DNA from: Macrostomum lignano
Taxonomy: Eukaryota
DNA length: 64,000 nucleotides
Assembly: GCA_002269645.1 (NCBI GenBank)
Contig: NIVC01003666.1
Coordinates: 20,071-84,070, forward strand
Direction: 5' to 3'
Part shown: piece after piece, positions 12,410 to 24,607 of the stretch
Numbering within the stretch: position 1 is the stretch's first letter
Layout of the letters: every line of letters begins with the position of its first letter
Position numbers and translations under genes: made by a program
The notes under the pieces: generated by a model
The model's input: the letters and a program-made list of their open reading frames with translations, nothing else
Told to the model about the DNA's origin: nothing
Database searches by the model: none

Positions 12410-15400
12410 TGTCTCCCCCACTCTGGATAAGGACTGTCTCCCCCACTCTGGATAAGGATTGTCTCCCCCACTCTGGATAAGGACTGTCTCCCCCACTCTG
12501 GATAAGGACTGTCTCCCCCACTCTGGATAAGGACTGTCTCCCCCACTCTGGATAAGGACTGTCTCCCCCACTCTGGATAAGGACTGTCTCCCCCACTCTA
12601 GATAAGGACTGTCTCCCCCACTCTGGATAAGGACTGTCTCCCCCACTCTGGATAAGGAATGTCTTCCCCACTCTGGATAAGGATTGTCTCCCCCACTCTG
12701 GATAAGGACTGTCTCCCCCACTCTGGATAAGGATTGTCTCCCCCACTCTGGATAAGGACTGTCTCCCCCACTCTGGATAAGGACTGTCTCCCCCACTCTG
12801 GATAAGGATTGTCTGCCCCCACTCTGGATAAGGAATGTCTGCCCCCACTCTGGATAAAGACTGTCTCCCCCACTCTGGATAAGGATTGTCTCCCCCACTC
12901 TGGATAAGGACTGTCTCCCCCACTCTGGATAAGGAATGTCTCCCCCACTCTGGATAAGGATTGTCTCCCCCACTCTGGATAAGGACTGTCTCCCCCACTC
13001 TGGATAAGGATTGTCTCCCCCACTCTGGATAAGGACTGTCTCCCCCACTCTGGATAAGGACTGTCTCCCCCACTCTGGATAAGGATTGTCTGCCCCCACT
13101 CTGGATAAGGACTGTCTCCCCCACTCTGGATAAGGACTGTCTCCCCCACTCTGGATAAGGACTGTCTCCCCCACTCTGGATAAGGACTGTCTCCCCCACT
13201 CTGGATAAGGACTGTCTCCCCCACTCTGGATAAGGACTGTCTCCCCCACTCTGGATAAGGACTGTCTCCCCCACTCTGGATAAGGACTGTCTCCCCCACT
13301 CTGGATAAGGACTGTCTCCCCCACTCTGGATAAGGACTGTCTCCCCCACTCTGGATAAGGACTGTCTCCCCCACTCTGGATAAGGACTGTCTCCCCCACT
13401 CTGGATAAGGACTGTCTCCCCCACTCTGAATAAGGAATGTCTCCCCCACTCTGGATAAGGACTGTCTCCCCCACTCTGGATAAGGACTGTCTCCCCCACT
13501 CTGGATAAGGAATGTCTGCCCCCACTCTGGATAAGGATTGTCTCCCCCACTCTGGATAAGGATTGTCTGCCCCACTCTGGATAAGGACTGTCTCCCCCAC
13601 TCTGGATAAGGATTGTCTCCCCCACTCTGGATAAGGACTGTCACCCCCACTCTGGATAAGGACTGTCTCCCCCACTCTGGATAAGGATTGTCTGCCCCCA
13701 CTCTGGATAAGGAATGTCTGCCCCCACTCTGGATAAAGACTGTCTACCCCACTCTGGATAAGGATTGTCTCCCCCACTCTGGATAAGGACTGTCTCCCCC
13801 ACTCTGGATAAGGAATGTCTCCCCCACTCTGGATAAGGATTGTCTCCCCCACTCTGGATAAGGAATGTCTGCCCCCACTCTGGATAAGGATTGTCTCCCC
13901 CACTCTGGATAAGGATTGTCTCCCCCACTCTGGATAAGGACTGTCTCCCCCACTCTGGATAAGGAATGTCTGCCCCCACTCTAGATAAGGACTGTCTCCC
14001 CCACTCTGGATAAGGACTGTCTCCCCCACTCTGGATAAGGATTGTCTGCCCCCACTCTGGATAAGGAATGTCTGCCCCCACTCTGGATAAAGACTGTCTC
14101 CCCCACTCTGGATAAGGATTGTCTCCCCCACTCTGGATAAGGACTGTCTCCCCCACTCTGGATAAGGACTGTCTCCCCCACTCTGGATAAGGATTGTCTG
14201 CCCCCACTCTGGATAAGGAATGTCTGCCCCCACTCTGGATAAGGATTGTCTCCCCCACTCTGGATAAGGATTGTCTGCCCCCCCCCACTCTGGATAAGGA
14301 ATGTCTGCCCCACTCTGGATAAGGACTGTCTCCCCCACCCTGGATAAGGACTGTCTCCCCCACTCTGGATAAGGAATGTCTCCTCCACTCTGGATAAGGA
14401 TTTTCTGCCCCCACTCTGGATAAGGATTGTCTCCCCCACTCTGGATAAGGATTGTCTGCCCCCACTCTGGATAAGGACTGTCTGCCCCCACTCTGGATAA
14501 GGATTGTCTCCCCCACTCTGGATAAGGATTGTCTGCCCCCCCCACTCTGGATAAGGAATGTCTGCCCCACTCTGGATAAGGACTGTCTCCTCCACTCTGG
14601 ATAAGGATTGTCTGCCCCCACTCTGGATAAGGATTGTCTGCCCCCACTCTGGATAAGGATTGTCTCCCCCACTCTGGATAAGGACTGTCTGCCCCCCCCA
14701 CTCTGGATAAGGATTGTCTGCCCCCACTCTGGATAAGGATTGTCTCCCCCACTCTGGATAAGGATTGTCTGCCCCCCCACTCTGGATAAGGAATGTCTGC
14801 CCCACTCTGGATAAGGACTGTCTCCCCCACCCTGGATAAGGACTTTCTCCCCCACTCTGGATAAGGATTGTCTCCCCCACTCTGGATAAGGATTTTCTGC
14901 CCCCACTCTGGATAAGGATTGTCTCCCCCACTCTGGATAAGGACTGTCTCCCCCACCCTGGATAAGGACTGTCTCCCCCACTCTGGATAAGGAATGTCTC
15001 CTCCACTCTGGATAAGGATTGTCTCCCCCACTCTGGATAAGGATTGTCTCCCCCACTCTGGATAAGGAATGTCTCCCCCACTCTGGATAAGGATTGCCCC
15101 CCCCACTTCGGGTAAAGACCCAGTTACTATGGATAAAGACCAATGGCTGCGGATAAAGAATCATGGCTATGGATTGAAACTCATGGCTATGGATTGAAAC
15201 TCATGGCTATGGATAAAGACCCCTGACTATGGATAAAGACCCAGTTACTATGAATAAGGACTGTCTCCCCCACTCTGGATAAGGACTGTCTCCCCCACTC
15301 TGGATAAGGACTGTCTCCCCCACTCTGGATAAGGATTGTCTCCCCCACTCTGGATAAGGACTGTCTCCCCCACTCTGGATAAGGACTGTCTCCCCCACTC

Positions 15401-17350
15401 TGGATAAGGACTGTCTCCCCCACTCTGGATAAGGACTGTCTCCCCCACTCTGGATAAGGACTGTCTCCCCCACTCTGGATAAGGACTGTCTCCCCCACTC
15501 TGAATAAGGAATGTCTCCCCCACTCTGGATAAGGATTGTCTCCCCCACTCTGGATAAGGACTGTCTCCCCCACTCTGGATAAGGAATGTCTGCCCCCACT
15601 CTGGATAAGGATTGTCTCCCCCACTCTGGATAAGGATTGTCTGCCCCACTCTGGATAAGGACTGTCTCCCCCAATCTGGATAAGGATTGTCTCCCCCACT
15701 CTGGATAAGGACTGTCTCCCCCACTCTGGATAAGGACTGTCTCCCCCACTCTGGATAAGGATTGTCTGCCCCCACTCTGGATAAGGAATGTCTGCCCCCA
15801 CTCTGGATAAAGACTGTCTCCCCCACTCTGGATAAGGATTGTCTCCCCCACTCTGGATAAGGACTGTCTCCCCCACTCTGGATAAGGAATGTCTCCCCCA
15901 CTCTGGATAAGGATTGTCTCCCCCACTCTGGATAAGGAATGTCTGCCCCCACTCTGGATAAGGATTGTCTCCCCCACTCTGGATAAGGATTGTCTCCCCC
16001 ACTCTGGATAAGGACTGTCTCCCCCACTCTGGATAAGGAATGTCTGCCCCCACTCTGGATAAGGACTGTCTCCCCCACTCTGGATAAGGACTGTCTCCCC
16101 CACTCTGGATAAGGATTGTCTGCCCCCACTCTGGATAAGGAATGTCTGCCCCCACTCTGGATAAAGACTGTCTCCCCCACTCTGGATAAGGATTGTCTCC
16201 CCCACTCTGGATAAGGACTGTCTCCCCCACTCTGGATAAGGATTGTCTGCCCCCACTCTGGATAAGGATTGTCTGCCCCCACTCTGGATAAGGAATGTCT
16301 GCCCCCACTCTGGATAAGGATTGTCTCCCCCACTCTGGATAAGGATTGTCTGCCCCCCCCCACTCTGGATAAGGAATGTCTGCCCCACTCTGGATAAGGA
16401 CTGTCTCCCCCACCCTGGATAAGGACTGTCTCCCCCACTCTGGATAAGGAATGTCTCCTCCACTCTGGATAAGGATTTTCTGCCCCCACTCTGGATAAGG
16501 ATTGTCTCCCCCACTCTGGATAAGGATTGTCTGCCCCCACTCTGGATAAGGACTGTCTGCCCCCACTCTGGATAAGGATTGTCTCCCCCACTCTGGATAA
16601 GGATTGTCTGCCCCCCCCCCACTCTGGATAAGGAATGTCTGCCCCACTCTGGATAAGGACTGTCTCCTCCACTCTGGATAAGGATTGTCTGCCCCCACTC
16701 TGGATAAGGATTGTCTGCCCCCACTCTGGATAAGGATTGTCTCCCCCACTCTGGATAAGGACTGTCTGCCCCCCCCCCACTCTGGATAAGGATTGTCTGC
16801 CCCCACTCTGGATAAGGATTGTCTCCCCCACTCTGGATAAGGATTGTCTGCCCCCCCACTCTGGATAAGGAATGTCTGCCCCACTCTGGATAAGGACTGT
16901 CTCCCCCACCCTGGATAAGGACTGTCTCCCCCACTCTGGATAAGGAATGTCTCCTCCACTCTGGATAAGGATTTTCTGCCCCCACTCTGGATAAGGATTG
17001 TCTCCCCCACTCTGGATAAGGATTGTCTGCCCCCACTCTGGATAAGGACTGTCTGCCCCCCCACACTCTGGATAAGGAATGTCTGCCCCCACTCTGGATA
17101 AGGATTGTCTCCCCCACTCTGGATAAGGATTGTCTCCCCCACTCTGGATAAGGAATGTCTCCCCCACTCTGGATAAGGATTGCCCCCCCCACTTCGGGTA
17201 AAGACCCAGTTACTATGGATAAAGACCAATGGCTGCGGATAAAGAATCATGGCTATGGATTGAAACTCATGGCTATGGATTGAAACTCATGGCTATGGAT
17301 AAAGACCCCTGACTATGGATAAAGACCCAGTTACTATGAATAAGGACTGT
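12410..17350. repeat. 25-bp minisatellite, about 180 copies, containing a ~2.08-kb tandem duplication
   Basis: Unit CTCTGGATAAGGA(C/T/A)TGTCT(C/G)CCCCA. An identical terminal block occurs at about 15095..15262 and 17180..17350. Confidence 0.97.
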
Positions 17351-17440
17351 CCCGCTGCGTATAAAGCCCCAAACTTTCTTTTAGTCAGTCCGTTTTAGTC
17401 TCACTAACAGCACTGCCTGTTTCGATGACGTCACCCGCAG

Positions 17441-17963
17441 GTCGCAGAGCGCATAGACGAGCTGCTCAAAGCCAAGGACACTCGCTATCAGCTGCGCGAA
17501 GAGCCATCAATCCAAGAATTCGTCCGCGACATCAACCCGATGCGCGACCTGGAACTGGAAGAGGTTGACGACACTAACCAGAACCAGCGCCTATTGGATA
17601 ACATATTCTATCGAATGAGCAACGAGCTGGAGCCCAAGGACGCCGACGAAGACTCGCTGAAGCGATCGGGCGCCAGGCGGTTCTCTTCTGAGGCGCTCCG
17701 CTCCCCGACTGTCAACGGCGGCGGCAGCGGAGGCGGCGTTGGCGGCGGCGGCAAATCGGCGAAGAAATCGTCAGCTGGCGGAGGCGGCGGCGCCAGACTG
17801 ACCTCTGCGCCGTTTATCCAGAGCAGCTCCAGGCCGACATCGCCTCTGCGAGATGCTCAGCAGCAGCCGCCGACGCCTCATCAAATTGTGCACTCCGGCA
17901 AGTCTAGCGCCGGAGGCAGCTCGGGTCTGACGTCACCGAATGGACCGATTGCGCAATCGCCGA
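17441..17963 (+). CDS. Sos: SOS-like exon: CDC25 end and start of disordered tail
   Basis: VAERIDELL...YQLREEPSIQEFVRDINPM matches SOS VAEITGEIQ...YCLRVESDIKRFFENLNPM. Donor A|GTGAGT. Confidence 0.92.
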
Positions 17964-18559
17964 GTGAGTAGCTGGGTCACGTGATGCGGTTTGTAATTCG
18001 ATTGCTAACTAAATTAGTTACTGGATATAAAAGCTATCGCATCTTAGCTACTAAATAGTAGCGAGAAACGGATGGGGAACCAATTCAATAGAGCCTGCAA
18101 TTCGCTGGTAGTTGAAAAATCGACAAAGAACTTGTTTCTAAGGAAGTTTCCGTATTGATAATTCTCTTCTAGACTAATTTTCATTTAAAATCGTTTCGCA
18201 AAGTGAATAAGATTGCCTATTTTATCCTTCCTCGCAGGATTCTTTCGCTTCGGTACGTTGCCAATAAAAAAATCCCTTTTAAACCAATACAAACCGTTCT
18301 TTAATGTCGGGTCTCTTATTACGTTATTAATCGATTTTTATAGATTTCTAAACCACTAAATTACACTTATAAGTTAACTAATATTTAAAATAATGTATAG
18401 GTAATATTAATTCGCTCTTTAACTATTGTTTCAATATTCAAGGATCCAGTTGTAAGGGCAAGTTAAGGGCAAGTTTAGGATTGTGTGATAAACTCCGTTT
18501 GCGTATACCCAACTTCAAATGCGTAATGGTGTCTGAGAGCGGGACAATGCAAGTGTCCG

Positions 18560-20172
18560 GGAGTGTCTGGGAAAGTCTATGGGAGTGTCTGGGAAGGTCT
18601 ATGGGACTGTCTGGGAAAGTCTATGGGACTGTCTGGGAAAGTCTATGGGGCTGTCTGGGAAAGTCTATGGGAGTGTCTGGGAAAGTCTATGGGACTGTCT
18701 GGGAAAGTCTATGGGAGTGTCTGGGAAAGTCTATGGGAGTGTCTGGGAAAGTCTATGGGAGTGTCTGGGAAAGTCTATGGGAGTGTCTGGGAAAGTCTAT
18801 GGGACTGTCTGGGAAAGTCTATGGGACTGTCTGGGAAAGTCTATGGGACTGTCTGGGAAAGTCTATGGGAGTGTCTGGGAAAGTCTATGGGACTGTCTGG
18901 GAAAGTCTATGGGAATGTCTGGGAAAGTCTATGGGAATGTCTGGGAGAGTGTTCGGCAGTGTCTATGGGAGTGTCTGAAAGAGTATCTATAGGAGTGTCT
19001 GGAAGAGTATCCATAGGAGTGTCTGAAAGAGTATCTATAGGAGTGTCTGGAAGAGTATCTATAGGAGTGTCTGGAAGAGTATCTATAGGAGTGTCTGGGA
19101 GAGTATCTATAGGAGTGTCTAGGAGAGTATCTATAGGAGTGTCCATGAGAGTACGAGTATCTATAGGAGTGTCTTGGAGAGTATCTATAGCAGTGTCTGG
19201 GAGAGTATCTATAGGAGTGTCTGGGAGAGTATCTATAGGAGTGTCTGGGAGAGTATCTATAGGAGTATCTGGAAGAGTATCTATAGGAGTGTCGGGGAGA
19301 GTATCTATAGGAGTGTCTGGAAGAGTATCTATAGGAGTGTCGGGGAGAGTATCTATAGGAGTGTCTGGAAGAGTATCTATAGGAGTGTCGGGGAGAGTAT
19401 CTATGAGTGTCTAGGAGAGTATCTATAGGAGTGTCCATGAGAGTACGAGTATCTATAGGAGTGTCTGGGAGAGTTTCTTTAGGAGTGTCTGGAAGAGTAT
19501 CTATAGGAGTGTCTGGGAGAGTATCTATAGGAGTGTCTGGGAGAGTATCTATAGGAGTGTCTGGGAGAGTATCTATAGGAGTGTCTGGGAGAGTATCTAT
19601 AGGAGTGTCTGGGAGAGTATCTATAGGAGTGTCTGGGAGAGTATCTATAGGAGTGTCTGGGAGAGTATCTATAGGAGTGTCTGGGAGAGTATCTATAGGA
19701 GTGTCTGGGAGAGTATCTATAGGAGTGTCTGGGAGAGTTTCTTTAGGAGTGTCTGGAAGAGTATCTATAGGAGTGTCTGGGAGAGTATCTATAGGAGTGT
19801 CTGGGAGAGTATCTATAGGAGTGTCTGGGAGAGTATCTATAGGAGTGTCTGGGAGAGTATCTATAGGAGTGTCTGGGAGAGTATCTATAGGAGTGTCTGG
19901 GAGAGTATCTATAGGAGTGTCGGGGAGAGTATCTATAGGAGTGTCTGGGAGAGTATCTATAGGAGTGTCGGGGAGAGTATCTATAGGAGTGTCTGGGAGA
20001 GTATCTATAGGAGTGTCTGGAAGAGTATCTATAGGAGTGTCTGGGAGAGTATCTATAGGAGTGTCGGGGAGAGTATCTATAGGAGTGTCGGGGAGAGTTT
20101 CTATAGGAGTGTCTGGGAGAGTATCTATAGGAGTGTCTGGGAGAGTGTTCGGCAGTGTCTATGGGAGTGTCG
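18560..20172. repeat. Compound 22-bp then 24-bp minisatellite
   Basis: GAGTGTCTGGGAAAGTCTATGG up to about 18960, then GAGTGTCTGGGAGAGTATCTATAG. Confidence 0.95.
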
Positions 20173-20632
20173 GGGAATGTGGCTACAATCATGAAGCTCC
20201 CTAATAGATTGACTCGCAGGTCAGGGGCAGCTGTATTGGCCTCAGTAGGACAGGGCATCAATCAGACAACACTACTGCGCATGTCCCATTCCTGTGACTT
20301 AAGTGATTTTTCTAATTAACAAGAAATCCATCCAATCCATTCATTGTTTTGCTTGCCTGTCCCAAATGTGTTTTGCATGGCACTTGTTGCAGTAAAGTAT
20401 GAAAAATATTAGAATTGCCATGTACTGCTAGGAGCCTGCTGTGAGATTGTTTAAACGAATCAGTGTTCCGTTTTGATGGGGCCAGCATAGTTTGACTGTC
20501 TATGCATCGCAATCGAGCATGCTGCTCGCTGTCTCGTACAAATAGTGTTTTTCTCTATTGTTAATATTTACCTACATGACTAACCCAAGTGACTGACCGT
20601 GCTCTCCCTTTATTTCTGCATTCAAATTTCAG

Positions 20633-20665
20633 TAGTTGAAGACCTGACTCGGCAGGACAGTGCAG
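20633..20665 (+). CDS. Sos: Candidate 33-nt symmetric micro-exon of SOS-like gene (IVEDLTRQDSA)
   Basis: Pyrimidine tract plus CAG/TAG tandem acceptor, donor CAG|GTAAAA, phase 1-1, no stop. Confidence 0.6.
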
Positions 20666-20821
20666 GTAAAAAAACCGAAGCGCCAGAATTTGTGTTATTG
20701 CGATTTTTCTGCTCGATTGTTTTTCATTTTCTCTAACTACTGCTACTATTGTGTCGGATATCAGTAGCTCATGTCAATCATAAAATGATATAATAATCTG
20801 CATTTATGTTTGAAATTGCAG

Positions 20822-21195
20822 ACCATTCTCGCAGCATCTCAGACCCCGTGCCGGCGGCAGTTGGCGCCGCCGTCGTCTCTGGCGGCGGCAGCGGCAGCCC
20901 GGCAGCAGCGCCGGCGGCTGGAGGCGGAGGCGTCCTGGCCAGCCACAGCAACAGCAACAGCGGCAGCAGTCAGCTGCCTCCGCTGCCGCCCAGGCAGACG
21001 GCCGGTTTGAAGTCGGCAGCGGCCGCTGTAAAATCGGCCGCCGTTGCGACAGCCACTGCGACGGCGGCAGCGGCGTCGACGTCAACCGGAGCGGCGCCGC
21101 CTCTGCCGCCCCGAGCTCGCAAGTCGGCTCCGCCGCCGTCGTTGCCGCCCAGAACTTCATTGCGCAGCAGTTCGGTCAGCAATCCGACTCAATAG
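20822..21195 (+). CDS. Sos: SOS-like terminal exon with SH3-binding PxxPxR motifs
   Basis: PPLPPRQ, PPLPPRAR and PSLPPRT are class II Grb2-SH3-type motifs. Acceptor ttgcag, stop TAG at 21193..21195. Confidence 0.88.
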
Positions 21196-21606
21196 GGATT
21201 ATTTTCTATCCTTATATTTCCCCTGTTGATTTTGTTTCCCGCGTCCTTCATTAATCCGCTTTTTGCTACCTACCTCCTTGTCAGTAGTCTGTGCGGCTTA
21301 TGTTAAACTATTGTTATTAGAAAGTTTGTAATAATAATTTGAATTCCAGTAAAAAATTGAATGAGTCTGTGTTTTTATAAATTCTCAATCCCCTGCTTAG
21401 TTTCTATTGCTCTGATAATTGCCTGTGCCGATTGGCCTGCTCCCTGGAAACTGCATTAGCTCTGTAGCTCAGCATTACACAATTGTGAGCTGTTGGATCT
21501 TTGGTATCGAATATTTGCAATATTTGCTTCGCATTGTTGTCTTGTTGCTTTATAACTCCAGTTTTTGCGTTTGTATCTGGGTGAGATTGACATGGTTGGG
21601 GGGGGG

Positions 21607-22284
21607 GTGAGACTTCTGAGTCTCTATGCCAGTAAATGGTGAGATTTCCGAGTCTCTATGCAGTAAAGGGTGAGATTTTCAAGGAGTCTATGTCAATAAG
21701 AGGTGAGATTTCTGAGTCTCTATGCCAGTTAAGGGTGAGATTTCCGAGTCTCTATGCCAATAAGGGGTGAGATTTCCGAGTCTCTATGCCAGTAAAGGGT
21801 GAGATTTCCGAGTATCTATGCCAATAAGGGGTGAGATTTCCGAGTCTCTATGCCAGTAAAGGGTGAGATTTCCGAGTCTCTATGCCAATAAGGGGTGAGA
21901 TTTCCGAGTCTGTGCCAGTAAAGGGTGAGATTTCCGAGTCTCTATGCCAGTAAAGGGTGAGATTTCCGAGTATCTATACCAATAAGGGGTGAGATTTCCG
22001 AGTCTGTGCCAGTAAAGGGTGAGATTTCCGAGTCTCTATGCCAATAAGGGGTGAGATTTCTGAGTCTCTATGCCAGTAAAGGGTGAGATTTCCGAGTCTC
22101 TGTGCCAGTAAAGGGTGAGATTTCCGAGTCTCTATGCCAATAAGGGGTGAGATTTCTGAGTCTCTATGCCAGTAAAGGGTGAGATTTCCGAGTCTCTGTG
22201 CCAATAAGGGGTGAGATTTCTGAGTCTCTATGCTAGTAAAAGATGAGATTTCCGAGTCTCTATGCCAGTAAAGGGTGAGATTTC
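21607..22284. repeat. 32-bp minisatellite with alternating variants
   Basis: GGGTGAGATTTCCGAGTCTCTATGCC(AGTAAA/AATAAG). Confidence 0.94.
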
Positions 22285-22969
22285 GATTTTTCATGGTTAA
22301 TTATCCAGCAGACTGCACAGTCCTTGTAATTAGTGTTTATCCCAGCTTGCATGTTTGTTATGATATTTGTGCATAACAGAAAAATATTGGTCAAATTGTA
22401 GAATCTGTGCATTCGTTTAAAGCTGCTAAATAGTTTGCAGAGCATATTGCTAATGTACCACTAGCGGGAGTTTCAGTTATTGCATATGTTTCGATGTGTT
22501 ACATCTGGCTATCAATTGATAATGCATATGCTTGTGCTTGTTTAGCAATGCAGGTCTTGTATGTGCATTTTTCAACTTTAGAAATACTTGTGTATATGTA
22601 TACATATATTTACTGCAGATCGATAATAACCCTAAAGTCTGATCTTTCTATTTTTGTCCGATATCTGTACATATATTTGTTGTATAAATACAAATTATTA
22701 TAAATATATTTACTTACAAATACAAACTAAGATTTTAGCATATTTTCGTGGCCCTTTGGGCCTCTGTGTTTATGCTTGGTGATTAAATGTCGTGCCTGAT
22801 TTTTTTTTTGTTCGCTTTCAGTTACTTCTGTCAAATTAAATTTACAGTAGTGCTTAATACTATTGGATTGTCTGGGAGTGAGTATATGACAGTGTCTTTA
22901 ACGTGTCTGGGAGAGCATGTGGCAGTGTTGGAGAGTCTGCGAGTGTATGGGAGTTCCGACGGCTGTAAA

Positions 22970-23480
22970 GTGTCTGGGAAAGTGGGAGAGGCTCTGGCGG
23001 GTTTGCAGTGTCTGGGAGAGGCTCTAGCGGGTTTGCAGTGTCTGGGAGAGGCTCTGGCGGGTGTGAAGTGTCTGGGAGAGGCTCTGGCGGGTTTGCAGTG
23101 TCTGGGAGAGGCTCTGACGGGTGTGAAGTGTCCGGGAGAGGTTCTTCCAGGTGTGCAGTGTCCGGGAGAGGTTCTTCCAGGCTTCCAGGTGTGCTGTGTC
23201 CGGGAGAGGTCCTGGTGGGTGTGAAGTGTCTGGGAGAGGTTCTGGCGGGTGTGAAGTGTCTGGGAGAGGTTCTGGCGGGTGTGAAGTGTCTGGGAAAGGT
23301 TCTGGCGGGTGTGAAGTGTCTGAGAGAGGTTCTCACGGGTGTGAAGTGTCTGAGAGAGGTTCTCACGGGTGTGAAGTGTCTGGGAGAGGTTCTGACGGGT
23401 GTGAAGTGTCTGGGAGAGGTTCTCACGGGTGTGAAGTGTCTGGGAGAGGTTCTGACGGGTGTGAAGTGTCCGGGAGAGCG
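22970..23480. repeat. 30-bp minisatellite bracketed by 38-bp direct repeats
   Basis: Unit GTGAAGTGTCTGGGAGAGGTTCTGGCGGGT. Flanks at 22923..22960 and 23486..23523. Confidence 0.92.
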
Positions 23481-23806
23481 TCTGACAGTGTTGTAGAGTC
23501 TGCGAGTGTATGGGTGTTCCGACCTACTTGAAGTGTTTGCTAAGCTGAAGTTTCAGATGGCTATTAAAAAATCCAATATCATCATTTTGCGAGCGCAGAT
23601 GAAAAAATCCAATCAAAACGGATGGAATGCAAATGCGAGTCAATGCATTTTTTTATTGTAAGTTTTGTCATACAAAAAACTCCGATAAAGAAAAGCAAAT
23701 ATGAAAAAAAAAGAAAAAATCTCACCGCTAAACCCACCTGTGCCGACGCGATACAGCAGGATCACTCATCAATATTCTCTTATTGTTAATACTCACGGAA
23801 ACTCAC

Positions 23807-24541
23807 CCTGCAGGTAATAGTTGATGATGCATTTGATCCCACTGCTGCTTTGCCTGGTCACCTGGCACTGCTGAAAGCCGGTGACGTCACTGCTAATCTC
23901 GCACTTGCCAATCAGGTCGTCTGCAGATGAAGTCATAGTTGTAGACAGTGATTATTAAAATGTGTCGCTATACCACTTGGAGCTGCTGGCCCAGGTGTGG
24001 TTCCAAATCACCGGTTTACTGCCGCAGGTGTCTGAAACGGGTAAATGAGTTTACAGAAAAATAGATTATACAGTAACTGTATATTATCGCTATTTGAATT
24101 CAACTTTTTAGACCAGCAAACTTAGACTCCCAGCGTGCTCAAGGCAACTGAACGATAAACGCGGTCTAATTCTTTGCTGGGGATGGTTTTGGCCATAGAC
24201 TATAAAACGGTAGACCAAACTAAGTGCCTGCATGGTTCTCACTCATGACGAATTTTGTCTTGCAGATTAGCTCGAGGCCCCTGTTAACTTGCACAAAGGG
24301 GTCACTTGACTCCGATAGGCAGTCTAATCCTGTCCCATTCAAAATGATGAAAACTGGCTGTACACCCGCGAGACCTGACAGCAGCTGCAGAGCGGTGAGG
24401 ACTAGAAGGGAACTAGCATATCCTGTAACTCGATAAAAGATAGTCTCCTGGGCTGAGAGTCTTGCATAGGCGCTTGGAGGCCAGATACAAAAGTCATTCG
24501 TATGCAGAACTGAAGCTTCTTACATCCTTGTTGCGCTGCAT
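23807..24541 (-). CDS. Signal peptide plus single C2 domain protein; frameshifted as assembled (assembly error or pseudogene)
   Basis: Exons 24243..24422 and 23807..24031 (GT-AG, phase 1), with a possible first exon 24524..24541. C2 motifs LDCLSESSDPFVQV, CKTKFV, PVIWNHTW, ITVYNYDF..ADDLIG are present. In-frame TAA TAA at 23952..23957 lies between two compensating small indels. Confidence 0.72.
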
Positions 24542-24607
24542 CGGTCAGTGGTTGGCGGTTTGGCCCAATCATAAACAGGTAGCGAAAGCTGGGGAATTAC
24601 AGCAACC

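Larger units (their letters stand above)
1..21195 (+). other. Sos: Son of sevenless-like Ras GEF gene span (5'-partial): DH-PH-REM-CDC25-proline-rich tail
   Basis: Hand-spliced join(1..1424,8699..8861,9001..9084,9525..9837,10347..10511,10596..10970,12005..12397,17441..17963,20633..20665,20822..21195). All introns are GT-AG and phases are compatible at every junction (1,2,2,0,0,0,0,1,1). Domain order and motifs follow SOS1 as I recall its sequence. Confidence 0.93.

Noticed and set aside
12369-17250. Very long ORFs (up to 900 aa) on the minus strand
   Set aside because: They are translations of the 25-bp array. All three frames give the same cycling peptide, and they lie antisense within a SOS intron.
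18481-20261. GVSGRVSI / RHSYRYSP repeat proteins
   Set aside because: These are stop-free frames of the 22/24-bp satellite, with no splice or codon support. The same applies to the ORFs at 34676..35864, 39339..40414, 55607..56828, 60252..60805, 61395..62009 and 62223..63032.
23922-23973. A short intron to explain the TAA TAA in the C2 gene
   Set aside because: Splicing TG|GT...AG|AC creates TGA, and the supposed intron encodes the conserved C2 strand ITVYNYD in a shifted frame.
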